DNA of 64,000 nt from NCBI GenBank assembly GCA_017654855.1, contig CM030333.1, positions 3,720,001 through 3,784,000 of the forward strand, read 5' to 3'. Below are positions 21,131-31,749 of this stretch, piece by piece (within the stretch, counting starts at the first letter, position 1; every line of letters starts with the position of its first letter). The notes under the pieces are model-generated. The model had not been told where the DNA came from and did not search any database. It saw only the letters and a list, made by a program, of their open reading frames with translations. The stretch comes from Podospora anserina (lineage: Eukaryota). The position numbers and the translations under genes were made by a program.

Positions 21131-23842
21131 TCACTTGCTGTACTTCACCGTCCTCTTTCTCACCCGCTTTTTATCCTTCCTCCCGACAGAAACAGTCGTC
21201 CAGGGGGGATACCTCTTCGCCTCTTCTTCCCTCCTCTTTTTCTCCTCTGCTTGTTCTTTCCATCTCTCCTGGTACATCGCCCGCTTCCTCGCCCTCTCCT
21301 TCCCCTCCTCCCTCGCCTTCTCCTCCGCCGCTTCTTTTTCCAATCTCTCCCTCCGCGCTCTTGCCCCCTTCGGCGGTTCCTGCTTCTCCTGCCACCGCAT
21401 CTGATGCTTTCTCTTCCTCGCCAGAAACTTTGCGCGCTGCGTGTCCCTCTCATCAATCACACGAGGCGGTGCAATGTCGCGCAGCCATTTGAGTCCCCAC
21501 CTCATGTAGTGCCTGTGCCCCGTTCTCTCGTCATACCTGACGGCAAAAGCCCGCTCAGCTGCGTAATCTGTCCCGTTGAGGAGACAGTGGTTGTTTCGCA
21601 CAACAACCGTGGTCTCGAGAACGTCATTGTCAATGTCCGTCCAAGTTTCCACGTTCCGCAGCATCGAAGAGCCCCTGGGCATCAGCCCGTTTGCCAATTT
21701 CCACCGATCCCAGTTCATGGTCCCGAATCTGGCAGCGGCCGAGTCAAAAAAGCGAGCTCTGGTTTCCACAAAATGATTGACCATCTCGGCTTCTTCTTCA
21801 TCGGTCCGTGGGCTACGGCTTTTTTCTGCCCCCTCTGCTCGCGGCGGCGTGCCAATGACTTCGTGGTCGGGCCAGCTGCGGTCGCCTACAATCTTGTCGT
21901 CCGGGCGGCTCGGGGTTTGCCACCTCGCTTTCAGCAGCCAAAAACCACACAGTCTTCTGTATTCTTGCTCAAATCGGCGCTTCCTCTTCTCATAACATGC
22001 TTTGGTCTCGGGCCCAAACACCGGGCGCTCAGGCTGAACCCGAACTTCGCCCTGTCTTTCCCATTCGTCATTCCACGCGCTGCAGATGGCGGCCGCCCTC
22101 TTACGGCCGCGCAGAGCCCTCTGCCTCTGAAGAGACATGCGACGCACACCCCACCAAGAGGCACAATTTAGCTTGAACTGAGTATTGGGGTTAGAGGCTT
22201 CCCCAAGTATCAGACGCTTGCTGAGTATTGGCGGGTCCACTGCTGAAAGTAGATGGTGCTTTTGAGGTGGTTTGGTCTGCTTGGGCTTTTGAGGCCATTT
22301 GAATTTCCTGTCTTCGGGTACAGCCGCGGCCACCGTTGGCACCTCGTCCAGATGTGACGGGTCCAGCAGCTGAAAAACCAAATGATTGCCATGGCACGGC
22401 GGCCCCGTGGAGACGGTAATCTTCAGCTCTTCCAAATGGTAGGTAACAAGGCATGCCGTATGGTTGCCTTGAGGTCTCGACCATGGCTTATCAAGCTCGC
22501 CCGAAACCTCCGAGAGTTCCTTGAACATGTCTGCCTTGGTGTGCTGGCAAACCGACATTTCGCCAATGTGATCGGAAAAGATATTCAGGATGCTCTCTTG
22601 ATTGATGGGATGGTCCCCAAATTCGATAAGCTGTCGGAGTCGGTTGAAACGAGCAGGAGAGTCCCATGCACGGAATACAAAGTTGACAAACCGCTTTGTC
22701 AGCAACTGCACGAGGTACCGCCTCACTATCTGCGCCATGCTCTGCAAGTTCTTTTTCGAGTGCTTCGCGACCTCCAATAGACCAGCAGGCAACGACACAC
22801 GTTTTACAAGCTCCTCGAGCTGAAATGGGGCGAGTTGCGGCGCGATCAGGTGATTCGTGTGCACCAAGCAATAGGAGAGGTTGGCGTCAGGGAGGACTCT
22901 ACGACCCCTCAGGGACCCGGCTTCCGGCGTGTGCGGCAGCAACTCAAGGATACTCGCAGATGTGGTGTCGTCGTTTAGTGATCGAAGGCCACGGCAGGCG
23001 TGCAGAAGGCTGTGGGTTGAGCCAGTTCGATATCTCTGCAGGACATTCGTGGTACAGGCCAAGGATACGCAGGACGTGAGCATTTTCCGTGCAAGCAGTG
23101 TCATTGGCAAATCAGACGGGGCCAGGTCGCGATCCCGCGTCGAAAAGACCGAGTCCACGACTACCGAATATCCGTGCTGGTTCATGCCGCTCTTCATGAG
23201 TACGCCGGGCTTAGTGACGATGAAATGAGGCACGGCGGCCGGGCCATCTTGCCGACACGGGGTGACCTTGAGCAAGATGACAGCATGGTCTTTTGGCACG
23301 ACCACGTCTCTGTCCCGCTTCTCGGGCTCCTCGACAGTTCGGGTTGACGGCATGTTCCAGGACTGTGCGACAACGGGATGGTTGTTGGTCACTGCGTCCG
23401 AAAAGTACGCGCTGGTACTCGTATCAGCATACTCTGACAAGATATTGCAGTCTTCGGTCGGCTTTGGATCCTCGCTAAGGATGAAGAAATCCTCCATAGG
23501 TCGCAAGCAGCCCGGCCTTCCCACCTCGTCATTCCGCATTACCCGCTCCCAAGCAGCCAGCTCGTGGCGTGCGTTCAACATGACAACCTGCTCAAGTGTC
23601 ACCTCTGCGCCGTCCGCAATTCCACGCAGTTCCCACAAGAGCGGAAGCCATTCAACGTTGGAGGACAACTGCCGAATGACATCTTTGCACCATGTCTCCC
23701 ACATCGCTCTTGGTGCATTGTCAGCAGGTAACTTTGGACAGCGCTTGGAAGACCTATTGAACAACGTACGTGGGTGGAAGCCCGCCATGATAAGTATGAT
23801 GCTCAATATTCTCAACAATGTCCTTCTTGAACGTCTTCCCAT
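21131..23842 (-). CDS. Divergent peptidase C45 / isopenicillin-N acyltransferase-like Ntn-hydrolase with a long basic/charged C-terminal extension (903 aa ORF; true start uncertain)
   Basis: C45 hallmarks ELRGIADGA...VVMLNARHEL, GMNQHG, LVHTNHL and DSPARFNRL; the nucleophile region reads DTSTSAY. Confidence 0.75.
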   Translation of the reverse strand: MGRRSRRTLLRILSIILIMAGFHPRTLFNRSSKRCPKLPADNAPRAMWETWCKDVIRQLSSNVEWLPLLWELRGIADGAEVTLEQVVMLNARHELAAWERVMRNDEVGRPGCLRPMEDFFILSEDPKPTEDCNILSEYADTSTSAYFSDAVTNNHPVVAQSWNMPSTRTVEEPEKRDRDVVVPKDHAVILLKVTPCRQDGPAAVPHFIVTKPGVLMKSGMNQHGYSVVVDSVFSTRDRDLAPSDLPMTLLARKMLTSCVSLACTTNVLQRYRTGSTHSLLHACRGLRSLNDDTTSASILELLPHTPEAGSLRGRRVLPDANLSYCLVHTNHLIAPQLAPFQLEELVKRVSLPAGLLEVAKHSKKNLQSMAQIVRRYLVQLLTKRFVNFVFRAWDSPARFNRLRQLIEFGDHPINQESILNIFSDHIGEMSVCQHTKADMFKELSEVSGELDKPWSRPQGNHTACLVTYHLEELKITVSTGPPCHGNHLVFQLLDPSHLDEVPTVAAAVPEDRKFKWPQKPKQTKPPQKHHLLSAVDPPILSKRLILGEASNPNTQFKLNCASWWGVRRMSLQRQRALRGRKRAAAICSAWNDEWERQGEVRVQPERPVFGPETKACYEKRKRRFEQEYRRLCGFWLLKARWQTPSRPDDKIVGDRSWPDHEVIGTPPRAEGAEKSRSPRTDEEEAEMVNHFVETRARFFDSAAARFGTMNWDRWKLANGLMPRGSSMLRNVETWTDIDNDVLETTVVVRNNHCLLNGTDYAAERAFAVRYDERTGHRHYMRWGLKWLRDIAPPRVIDERDTQRAKFLARKRKHQMRWQEKQEPPKGARARRERLEKEAAEEKAREEGKERARKRAMYQERWKEQAEEKKRREEEAKRYPPWTTVSVGRKDKKRVRKRTVKYSK

Positions 23843-25832
23843 GCTTCAAGCCCCTTTTACTTGGTGATTCGTCAGAACTGAAGCTCAAGCCCCTTATGAA
23901 ACCGGGAAATCGCGGGTCTGTCAGGTCGGGGGCGACGTCGTCAACCGTAATCGGGCAGTCCTAGTCACCTCTCAGCGGCTTCGGTTGAGAGGCCATCTTC
24001 TCTTGGGATGAGGCGCCGGAGGACGGGCTTGGAATCGATATGGTTGTATGGATACGTGGTGTAAGTGGTGGTGATGGTAATTGGTTGCAGCATCAGTGGA
24101 AGAGCCCAGGTGAGAGAAGAGGAGCTAGAGGAGGCAGGGCATGATGACGACCAGGCCTCGGGTGCCCGTTCGCAACTTCCCAAGCCCCTGAAAGCACAAC
24201 ACAAAGTCGCTTCCCTTCCCACTGCCTACGTGAAAGAAGGAAGGCATCCATCCGTGACACTCTCACAGCTTGCACTGGCACTACGTCAGATGCCAGAATC
24301 AGCACGTGAAAGAAGGAACAGACCACAATGTGGGTATCTACGATATGCCATATGACTCCAACCGTTCTAGAGACAACTGTTTGCTGGAGAATACAACTAG
24401 CCGAGGTACTGCACAAGAGGTTGTACCGTGCATGACATGACGTGCAGGTCAGTTCCGGCTATGACCTGCCTCGTACATGTGAGTCAAGGGCCATCTTTAC
24501 CGAAGACCATCGTGCCCGCCGCACCTCCGTTTTCGAGGTCGTCGTTGCTGTGCTCAAGTGTGTTGGTTTCGGTTATCTCGGAAGGGCCGGTAGAGATCTT
24601 ATCTGCCGAAAGGATCCGACATGCTGCACAGTCAACCCCAACCCTCACCTTCTCAAGGCTTTGCAACTCCCGGACGCCGTTCCTTTCTTCCTTCTTGGCT
24701 AAATTCCCCAGACATGACACAGGCACGTGGTGGAGAGGAGACAAGGAGCAATGCCTGCTGATGCCGTTGCTTGTCTCCAACCTCCAGGAGTTTCCCCAGA
24801 CACGTTGTGGAGAGGCCATCCTGGCCGAATGAAATCTCCCTGACGGGCTCATGTGACGCTCAAAGAAAAAAAAAAAAGGAGACGAGATCGCAATCCCACA
24901 CAAACCCCGAACGGTGCTCAGGTGAATGAAGGGTACAATCCAGCTTAACGCCGTGGAGCGATGGACCAGGAACGGAATCGGGCAATGCAGCCCCGACATT
25001 TTTATTTTTGTTGACAAACAGCAGCTAAGCCCCAAGGGGAAAGGAAGCGTCAGGTTAGAGTTGACCGCCTCCATGCAGGCGGGACAGCGCACAGGTCTCT
25101 GGGCAGCCCAAGCTCCCTCAACAAAAGGTGGATTGGATGGCTGTGCCGCTGTCGCGTTCGAGCCAGCCCGTCGACATTTGGGCATTTGGGACATTTGGAA
25201 TGATTGAACCCCTGCGAAGTCGGGTCCGTTGGGATTGGGGTGGGGACCTCTTCACAACTTTTTTGTTGCTGAAACTTGACGAGGAAGCGAAATCGGGCCC
25301 TGGGGACTCGGGGAGGGAAACAGTTACAGAGTTTGAAGACGCTCCGATTCAATCGACGCATGCTCGGCTCACTCGTGCACCCAGAATGCTCGAAACCGGG
25401 AACTACCGACTGTATTTCGTACTCCTGCTCCGTATCCCCCAGCGTCGTTCGATGCTTGCTTTGGTTGCGCCTGCGCGCATGGCCAGCTGCCCGTGACGGT
25501 GGGCCGAAACTGTTAACACCGTAAAGTGGAAAGAAAGAAAGAAAGGGCACGGGAAGCGGGGAGAGGGGAGCTGGGGAGGAGGAGAAAAGGCGGAGGGAGG
25601 GGGGTGGGTTGCCCGGGACTTGCTGGTTGGGCGATAGCTCCCCTCCACACATTCCAATGCGGAGGTCCGGGATCTGGCAATACTGACTTATACCCAGCCT
25701 GCCCCTGGTCTTTGACTCAGCTTCCCCTTTATCAATACATTGCTCGCCGGTTTTTGTGCTGCTCTTGTTCATCCTCATCCTCATCATCATCCTCATCATC
25801 ATCTATCTGTCTTGTTTCCTTCGTCCATTGCT

Positions 25833-25870
25833 CTGCCTGCCTGCCTGCCTGCCTGCCTGCTTGCCTGCTT
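25833..25870. repeat. (GCCT)n microsatellite in the leader/upstream region of the 25996 gene
   Basis: tgcctgcctgcctgcctgcctgcctgcttgcctgctt read directly; preceded by CAT/CCT trinucleotide repeats at ~25770-25803. Confidence 0.9.
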
Positions 25871-25995
25871 GCATTGCCATTGACTACTGCTATCTACTCC
25901 AAGCTCCCTCGAAGCTTCACCATCATCGTCATCTACAAGCCATTGCCATCTCACCAGCTTGAATTTCAGCAACCAAATCACACACAACCACCACA

Positions 25996-26716
25996 ATGTC
26001 GTCAAGAATCGCTCCCACCTTTTCCAAATTCACCCGCTCCCTCAGCACATCCTCCCCCGTCGCCCGCCCAAGTCACCTCCTCTCCGCCACCAGTGCTGCC
26101 ACCAAGTCAGTAAGGAAACCGTCCCCTTCCGTCCTGGAGGAAGACGCAGAGGTATGTTTTCTTTCCCATCGCATCCCCTTATCTACTCAACCAATTCTAA
26201 TATGGTTCCCAGTCAACCCGCGCCCACTCAACCTCCACCTCCCCGTCCCGCCCCACCCTCACCACCCTCCAAACCAGCCAACCTCACCCCTTCCGCTTCA
26301 TGCAAACCTTCCACCACTCGGCCCCCCGCCCCGCCACGGCGCACCACACTGTCGACTCGCTCGTCCTCCCAGACCTCTTCGCCATGGACCCCAACTTTGA
26401 CCCCTACAGCAACATCCGCGTCCCGCTCCTCCCGGATAACATCTCTGGCCCCCCTTCCGGTCTGTTCGCCCCTGAGGTGTCGGATTTTGTGCCTGAACAA
26501 GCCGCAAAGGAGGTCAAGATTGTGGCTGCCAACCCCGACAGTGTCGCGCTGCCAGAGGGCGGGTTTGTGGACGGTGTGGAGCTGAGGTTTGTGTATCAAA
26601 TGCAGCCCGAGCAGAGCGGGCAGCAGGAGTATGATGAGATGGGGAGTGGGATGATTAAGGATTTGTGGAGGGGGTTGGTGGACGATGTTATGGGTTCTAA
26701 AAAATCCACTGCTTAA
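25996..26716 (+). CDS. Hypothetical protein with a mitochondrial-presequence-like N-terminus
   Basis: Good start context (CCACAATG), S/R/T-rich N-terminus; intron 26152-26212 joins in frame to the 138-aa ORF (RVPLLPDN...LWRGLVDDVMG). Confidence 0.8.
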
Positions 26717-27634
26717 GGGTTGCGGCAAAGTATGAGGTGGTTTGGTTTTTTTTTGTTTTGTTTTGATGATGTGAAGCGTTATATGTTTTTTTAATCTGCT
26801 TTTGTATCTTTTCTTTTGTTATCACGGCATAGCTTTGATATCTCTTTTGGAGATTTTTTATTTTTATGGAACAAGCCTGTCAGCGAATTGACAGCGGGAT
26901 AGGGGGGGTCCGCATGGAAAATAAGACAACGAGGCCGAGATTTGGCCATGACCGACAACAGTTACAGTCACTTCTGTGTTTTTTCTTGGAGTAGAGACCT
27001 TGATGGGGATATATACCTGCCAGCGTTGCCTGGTTTTGGTTTGAAGGGATATGAATGAAGTCACACGTTCCATTCCTTCACTTATTCACTCATTTACGTT
27101 GTTTCGGTTACAAAAGTGACTTGCTTATCGTCACCACACCGATGGCGACGGCATCCTTTTGGATGCCGAGCGGTCCGGCCGAATAATAGTTACACAACCC
27201 GGAGGTCCGCTGACACCGAGAGAAATATCTAGAACCGGGCTACCACCTGATCGTGGACGGGTATGAAATTTCCAATTTGTGGATTGCATCTCGAATAAAC
27301 GTGCTTGAACTCAGCCACCAAACGGGAATGTGTTAACATCCCATCAACCAAAACGGTCACCTTGCCCACACGAAAACAGTCGCTTTGATTTTGATAGTTG
27401 ATTCGATGCTATTTACACACTCCACATCACACCGCCCATCTGCCCACCCACCGCCCCCATAAATTAATAAATCCCAGACCCAAGACCGCTACTCCCAGTT
27501 CAGTTTCTTCGTTGTCCCAATTAGCTGTATACGTACCTAGTTTCAGCAGCATCTTCCACCCTATTACCACAAAAACCCAGACCAAATCTCGCCCCGATCC
27601 CTTTCCTCCCCAGTCCTGGCAGCCAAGGACGACT

Positions 27635-28549
27635 CTACCTCTTCTTAACGCTGGGTCTGGGCTTGCATTCGTCCGGCTGCACCGGGTGCAGCATGACCTT
27701 GTTAGGGTACCCAGCTGTGTTGCCCTGGTAGCCCTTGGCCCAATCGTAGCTGATAGCGTACGCAAATATGCTGCCGGTCTTGTTGAACGTCGTGGCAGCA
27801 ATGCTACCACCGACATTGGGGTACCCTTTCAGCCTATGCTTGGCGTCCTTATCCCAGAAGTGGAATGTGCCATCGCTGCCCGCGGTGCTGAAAGTGCCGT
27901 GGACGGGATGGAAAGAGATATCGTTGACAGCATACACGTTGGTGACGTTGCCCTGTGGGGGATCACGGTGGCACTTGAACGAGAAGTTGAGGCTGGGCGG
28001 CACGTGTTAGCTTCCTGGACCTTCACTTTGCGGCGAGAGTCGAGATCCCAAACTCACCTAGCATCCTTGTCTTCGACGTATTGAATGGCGCAGCGACCTT
28101 CAATACTACCAATGGCGAAGCCCATCGAGTCGGTAAAGCAGCTCACCACCCTCGTTTGCCACTTAAGCGGACTTGTGATCGTCTTGTAGAACTTGGTTGG
28201 ATCCTTCAGGTTGATGACGTTGATGTATCTCTCGGCTGTCCCTATCACCAGGAGGTCGTTTCGTACGTCCATGGTGTACACACGTTCCTGGCACGTTACG
28301 GTCCCGACTGGTGTCTGTTGCCGGAAGTCCCAGTACTTGATGGTCTTGTCCCAGGAGCCTGTTACGGCCATGGGGGTGCCGCTGTTTTCGAAGTAGCGAA
28401 CGGCGCGAACGGGCTGGTCATGTTGCGCAAACTGCATGGTTTGACTGGTTGCAAGGTCCACCACCTTGCCCTGTTTGTCGGCGCCTCCAGAGATTACTTT
28501 TGTGCCATCCTTTGAGTGAAATCAGCAACTGTGAAAATGTGCCAAGCAG

Positions 28550-28580
<31 letters not shown>

Positions 28581-28861
28581 ACTCGCCATACCTTGAAAAA
28601 GTCCACCGAGAACACCGGCCCATCGTGGTCGTACGCGACTCTTCCCTCTCCCTGACCATTGCTCATGATCTCGTAGATCCGGACCTTCTTGTCCCAACTG
28701 GCTACCGCCAACAGATCTTTGGTATCGGCCGGGTTGGGGTTGAAAGCGATGTCGGAGATGCTATCTTCTGGGCCATTGGCGAGCGCGACGTCGTTCTTCA
28801 AGTCTCCGAGGGTGTTACTCGCCGACGCAGACGACGTGCCAGATGAGAAAAGGCCTGCCAT
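27635..28861 (-). CDS. GLE2: mRNA export factor Gle2/Rae1 (WD40 nucleoporin)
   Basis: VTGSWDKTIKYWD, SPLKWQTR, GSIEGRCAIQY, FSFKCHR, FWDKDAKHRLK and SYDWAKG; introns 28510-28591 and 27993-28057. Confidence 0.95.
28550..28579. repeat. (ACCAGA)5 hexanucleotide repeat inside GLE2 intron 1
   Basis: Read directly; it explains the spurious GSGSGSGS in the ORF track. Confidence 0.9.
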
Positions 28862-29322
28862 TTTTGGTCGTGGGCGTGGCTACGCCGGAAAAAAAAACAC
28901 TTCGCTGTTTGTGTCGAGACTATTGCGCGGTCGATCAAGGGCTTCGCCGGGTATCAAAGATAGAATAGGAAGGGAAATTGTTCAGGTGGTTGTAAAGTTG
29001 TTCGAGAGATGGGAACAAGTCGCAAAAGTTGACAAAGATTCCGTCGTCAGGTTCGCGAAGGCAGCTGCAGCACAATCCGACCAGAGAGCAAAGCAACGCG
29101 CCAGTGCCTCTCGCCAAGACAAGTACCCGAATGCGTTCACTTGCACCAGCCTCACGAAAGAGCTTGGGCCACCACCAGATTCACTTGCTCTTTGTAGCTC
29201 GAATCCCACATGCCCAGCCACAACACACACACCCCACTGAGAGCACGAAGCCCCACTAAAAAGTTATCTACTTTAAAAAAAAATTCCACCATTCCCACTC
29301 TTTTTCGCTTTCCTCCTTTCGC

Positions 29323-29877
29323 AAGCACCCTCTCGCCCGACAAATCGCTATTCGAAGCTCACAAACGGAAAGATTTCCCTTCGGGGCATCTCTTTCACAA
29401 TCACCACACAGCTTTGGGAGAAAGTCCCCGGACATTGCCGAGCGTGACTTGTCACGATCGGTGTTGCGGAAACGCGCCGCCACAGAAGCACAGCGGCTGA
29501 TCTCTATTTTTTGCCCGCCTTGTTCCTTGTCTTTTTTTCTGTTTTCATTGCCCGGCCTCATCACACCCAAGTCGACTTTGATTTCGCTTTTCCCCATGAG
29601 CTGGGTTACTTGTCTGTTTTGCGAGGCTGGAGACCACATGGACGAAGATATGAGTCCGCGCTCTGTGCTGTTCGGGATGGGCTCGTCTTGGTTCCTCTGA
29701 GGTTGGTGGATCGGGTCGATGGTGGGGCTGCCGTGGTGGCAGACGTCGTGGCTGGGAACGTCATGGCGCGGCTGGAGAATTTTCGTCACGATACCACAGA
29801 TATGCGATTGCCCATCTCTCTCGAAAGAGGGGATGGAGTTACTCGACGGGGCTTATTCTCGGTGCGAGGGGGTGCTT
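29323..29877 (+). ncRNA. NME1: RNase MRP RNA (NME1/RMRP homologue), about 555 nt
   Basis: CR-I GAAAGTCCCCGGAC (29420-29433) and CR-V ACGGGGCTTATTCTC (29846-29860) form the P4 pseudoknot. P1: AAGCACCCTCTCGCCCGA (29323-29340) pairs with TCGGTGCGAGGGGGTGCTT (29859-29877). P2: AATCGC/GCGATT. P3: AAGCT (29355)/AGCTT (29410). P19-like hairpin at 29812-29836. Confidence 0.9.
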
Positions 29878-30046
29878 CAACACAAACCTTGGTTACGTTT
29901 TGCCTCTGTCGACCTTGAAGGCTAGCCAGCATGGACGAGCCGAACACTCTGGGCTTCACTGGAGGTCACCTTTTTTTTCGTTCCCTGTTGGTTGGTCTGC
30001 TTGGTTGCTGGCATCTGGGGGCTTTTGAGGTCTGGGGGCTTTGCAG

Positions 30047-30135
30047 TCTACATGATGAGAACCACTAAAAGTCAAGCTCTGAGGTGCCAAAAGGTCCCGT
30101 TGATGACTTAAAATGCGTTATGGTATCTGACTGAC
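30047..30135 (+). ncRNA. snR66: Box C/D snoRNA, snR66-like (LSU rRNA Um2417-equivalent guide)
   Basis: Box C ATGATGA 30052-30058, D' CTGA 30079-30082, C' TTGATGA 30100-30106, D CTGA 30127-30130, terminal stem CAGTC/GACTG. The D' guide AGTCAAGCT(C) is complementary to LSU GAGCUUGACU, and its fifth nucleotide pairs with the second U. Confidence 0.85.
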
Positions 30136-30327
30136 TGTCAAAGATTTTGTTCTATTTGTTCTTGATATTATTAGATAGAAGTGCGCTGTGCTCTAAATAT
30201 GCAGTGTCTATGCCTTGTGTGTACGAGCATTGTGAGGCCTGTTGAAGTCTCGCCGTCGCCAGTTTTCCCAATGCTGTCGTTTCCAATTCCCATGTACGGT
30301 TGAAGTCTCAGGAAAGCAAGAACCACA

Positions 30328-31749
30328 TCACTTCTGAAGCTTTTCCTCCTTCTTGCGCTGTTCCTCTTCGAGAAGCTCTCTCTCCTTATGAGCGGCCTCG
30401 ATGTCGGCCTTCATGCCCTTGGCCCTTTGACGAGCTTCGTAGAGGTCTCTGCTCTTCATGATTCTTTGGACAATGGTACCGGCGTTGACTTCCTCGAATT
30501 CGTGGTGGCCAATCTCTCTGTAGATGCCCATCTCCTTGGGAGCCGCGTACACATCCTTTGTGGATGGCATAAATGATGTTGGGCCGTGGTAAACGGCATC
30601 GGGGGTGCTCCATGGGAACTTGGCCAAGTACTCCTTGGTAGGCTCGAAGGGGGCGCCGAAGATGACGGCATTGACGTACTAGATGATCATGTCAGTCAGT
30701 CGATCTGGAGGAGGAATGAGATGATGAGATGTTACCCTGCATTGCAGAACGCAGAGGCCGCGCTCGTAAATGTTCATGATGGGGTAGTTAACGCCCTTCC
30801 ACTTGTTGATGACATCGTCGTCGTGGACGCCAGCCGCCACAAACACCGGGCCGTAGTCCTCTCCCTTGCCCTTGCGCTCGTTGACGTTCTGCTCCGAGTA
30901 CCAACCGTCCCCTCTGGCGAGCTCCTCCTCAGCTTCAACCACCATCTTGAGGAACTCGATGTGGCCGCTGGAGAAGAGGTCGAAACCACCATCGACGTAC
31001 ACGACCCGTTGGCCAATCTTTGGCCCGATACCCCCAAACAACTTGTCGAACCCATTCTCCCCTGACCAGAACCAAACCTCCACACCGGGCTGCTTGGCCG
31101 TCTCATCCGCAGCATACAGCCTAATCCTCTCCTTCATCGCCTCGCCTTCCTTCTTCCTCTCCTCCGCTGTTCCCGGACCCTCCTCACCCTCGAGCGTCTT
31201 TTGCAGCGACTTGATGAAATGCCCCCTCGTGCAAAGCAGCATCCTCCCAACCAAATCGGTAGTGGAGATACTCGGCGTCCGCTTCACAACCTTGAACCGA
31301 TCGGCCGCCTTGACAAAGCGGTAGCAGTCCTCACCGCTGCCGTCAGAGGTGATGTCGTCGCCGTGGACAACGTACTTGCAGCCGTAGTGGGTGATCCAGT
31401 CCAGCTGGGTGACGTAGGGAGCGTAGGGGATGGACTTGGTGACCCAGCGGCAGGCGTCGGTGGCCATGAGGCGCTCCTTGAGGTTCATGACGGTGGGGCC
31501 CTTGTTTTCGAGGATGGCCTCGTCCGAGTGGACGCCGACGTAGAGCTCGTCGCCGAGTTGGCGGGCCTGGACTACGGCGCCTGCGTGGCCTATTATTGCA
31601 TCATCAGAGGTGAACGGTAGAGGATGGTATGGGTGTGGGGGAGACTGACCGTGGTGGAAGAAATCAAAACAGCCATCTACCCAGAGACGGCCCTCGAGGA
31701 GCTCAGGGGCTGGCTCACCAGGGGGGTTGACGGGATCGGTGGCGCTCAT
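30328..31749 (-). CDS. ECT1: Ethanolamine-phosphate cytidylyltransferase
   Basis: Two cytidylyltransferase domains (WVDGCFDFFHHGHAG; YVDGGFDLFSSGHIE), KGPTVM, RTPSISTTDLVGRMLL, YPIMNIYERGL; introns 31590-31649 and 30679-30735. Confidence 0.93.

Noticed and set aside
20852-22171. 439-aa plus-strand ORF
   Set aside because: Antisense to the purine-rich tail of the C45-like gene; low-complexity L/P/F/R product with no ATG context.
29268-29925. Several 60-170-aa ORFs between GLE2 and ECT1
   Set aside because: They overlap the RNase MRP RNA, which explains the sequence better.
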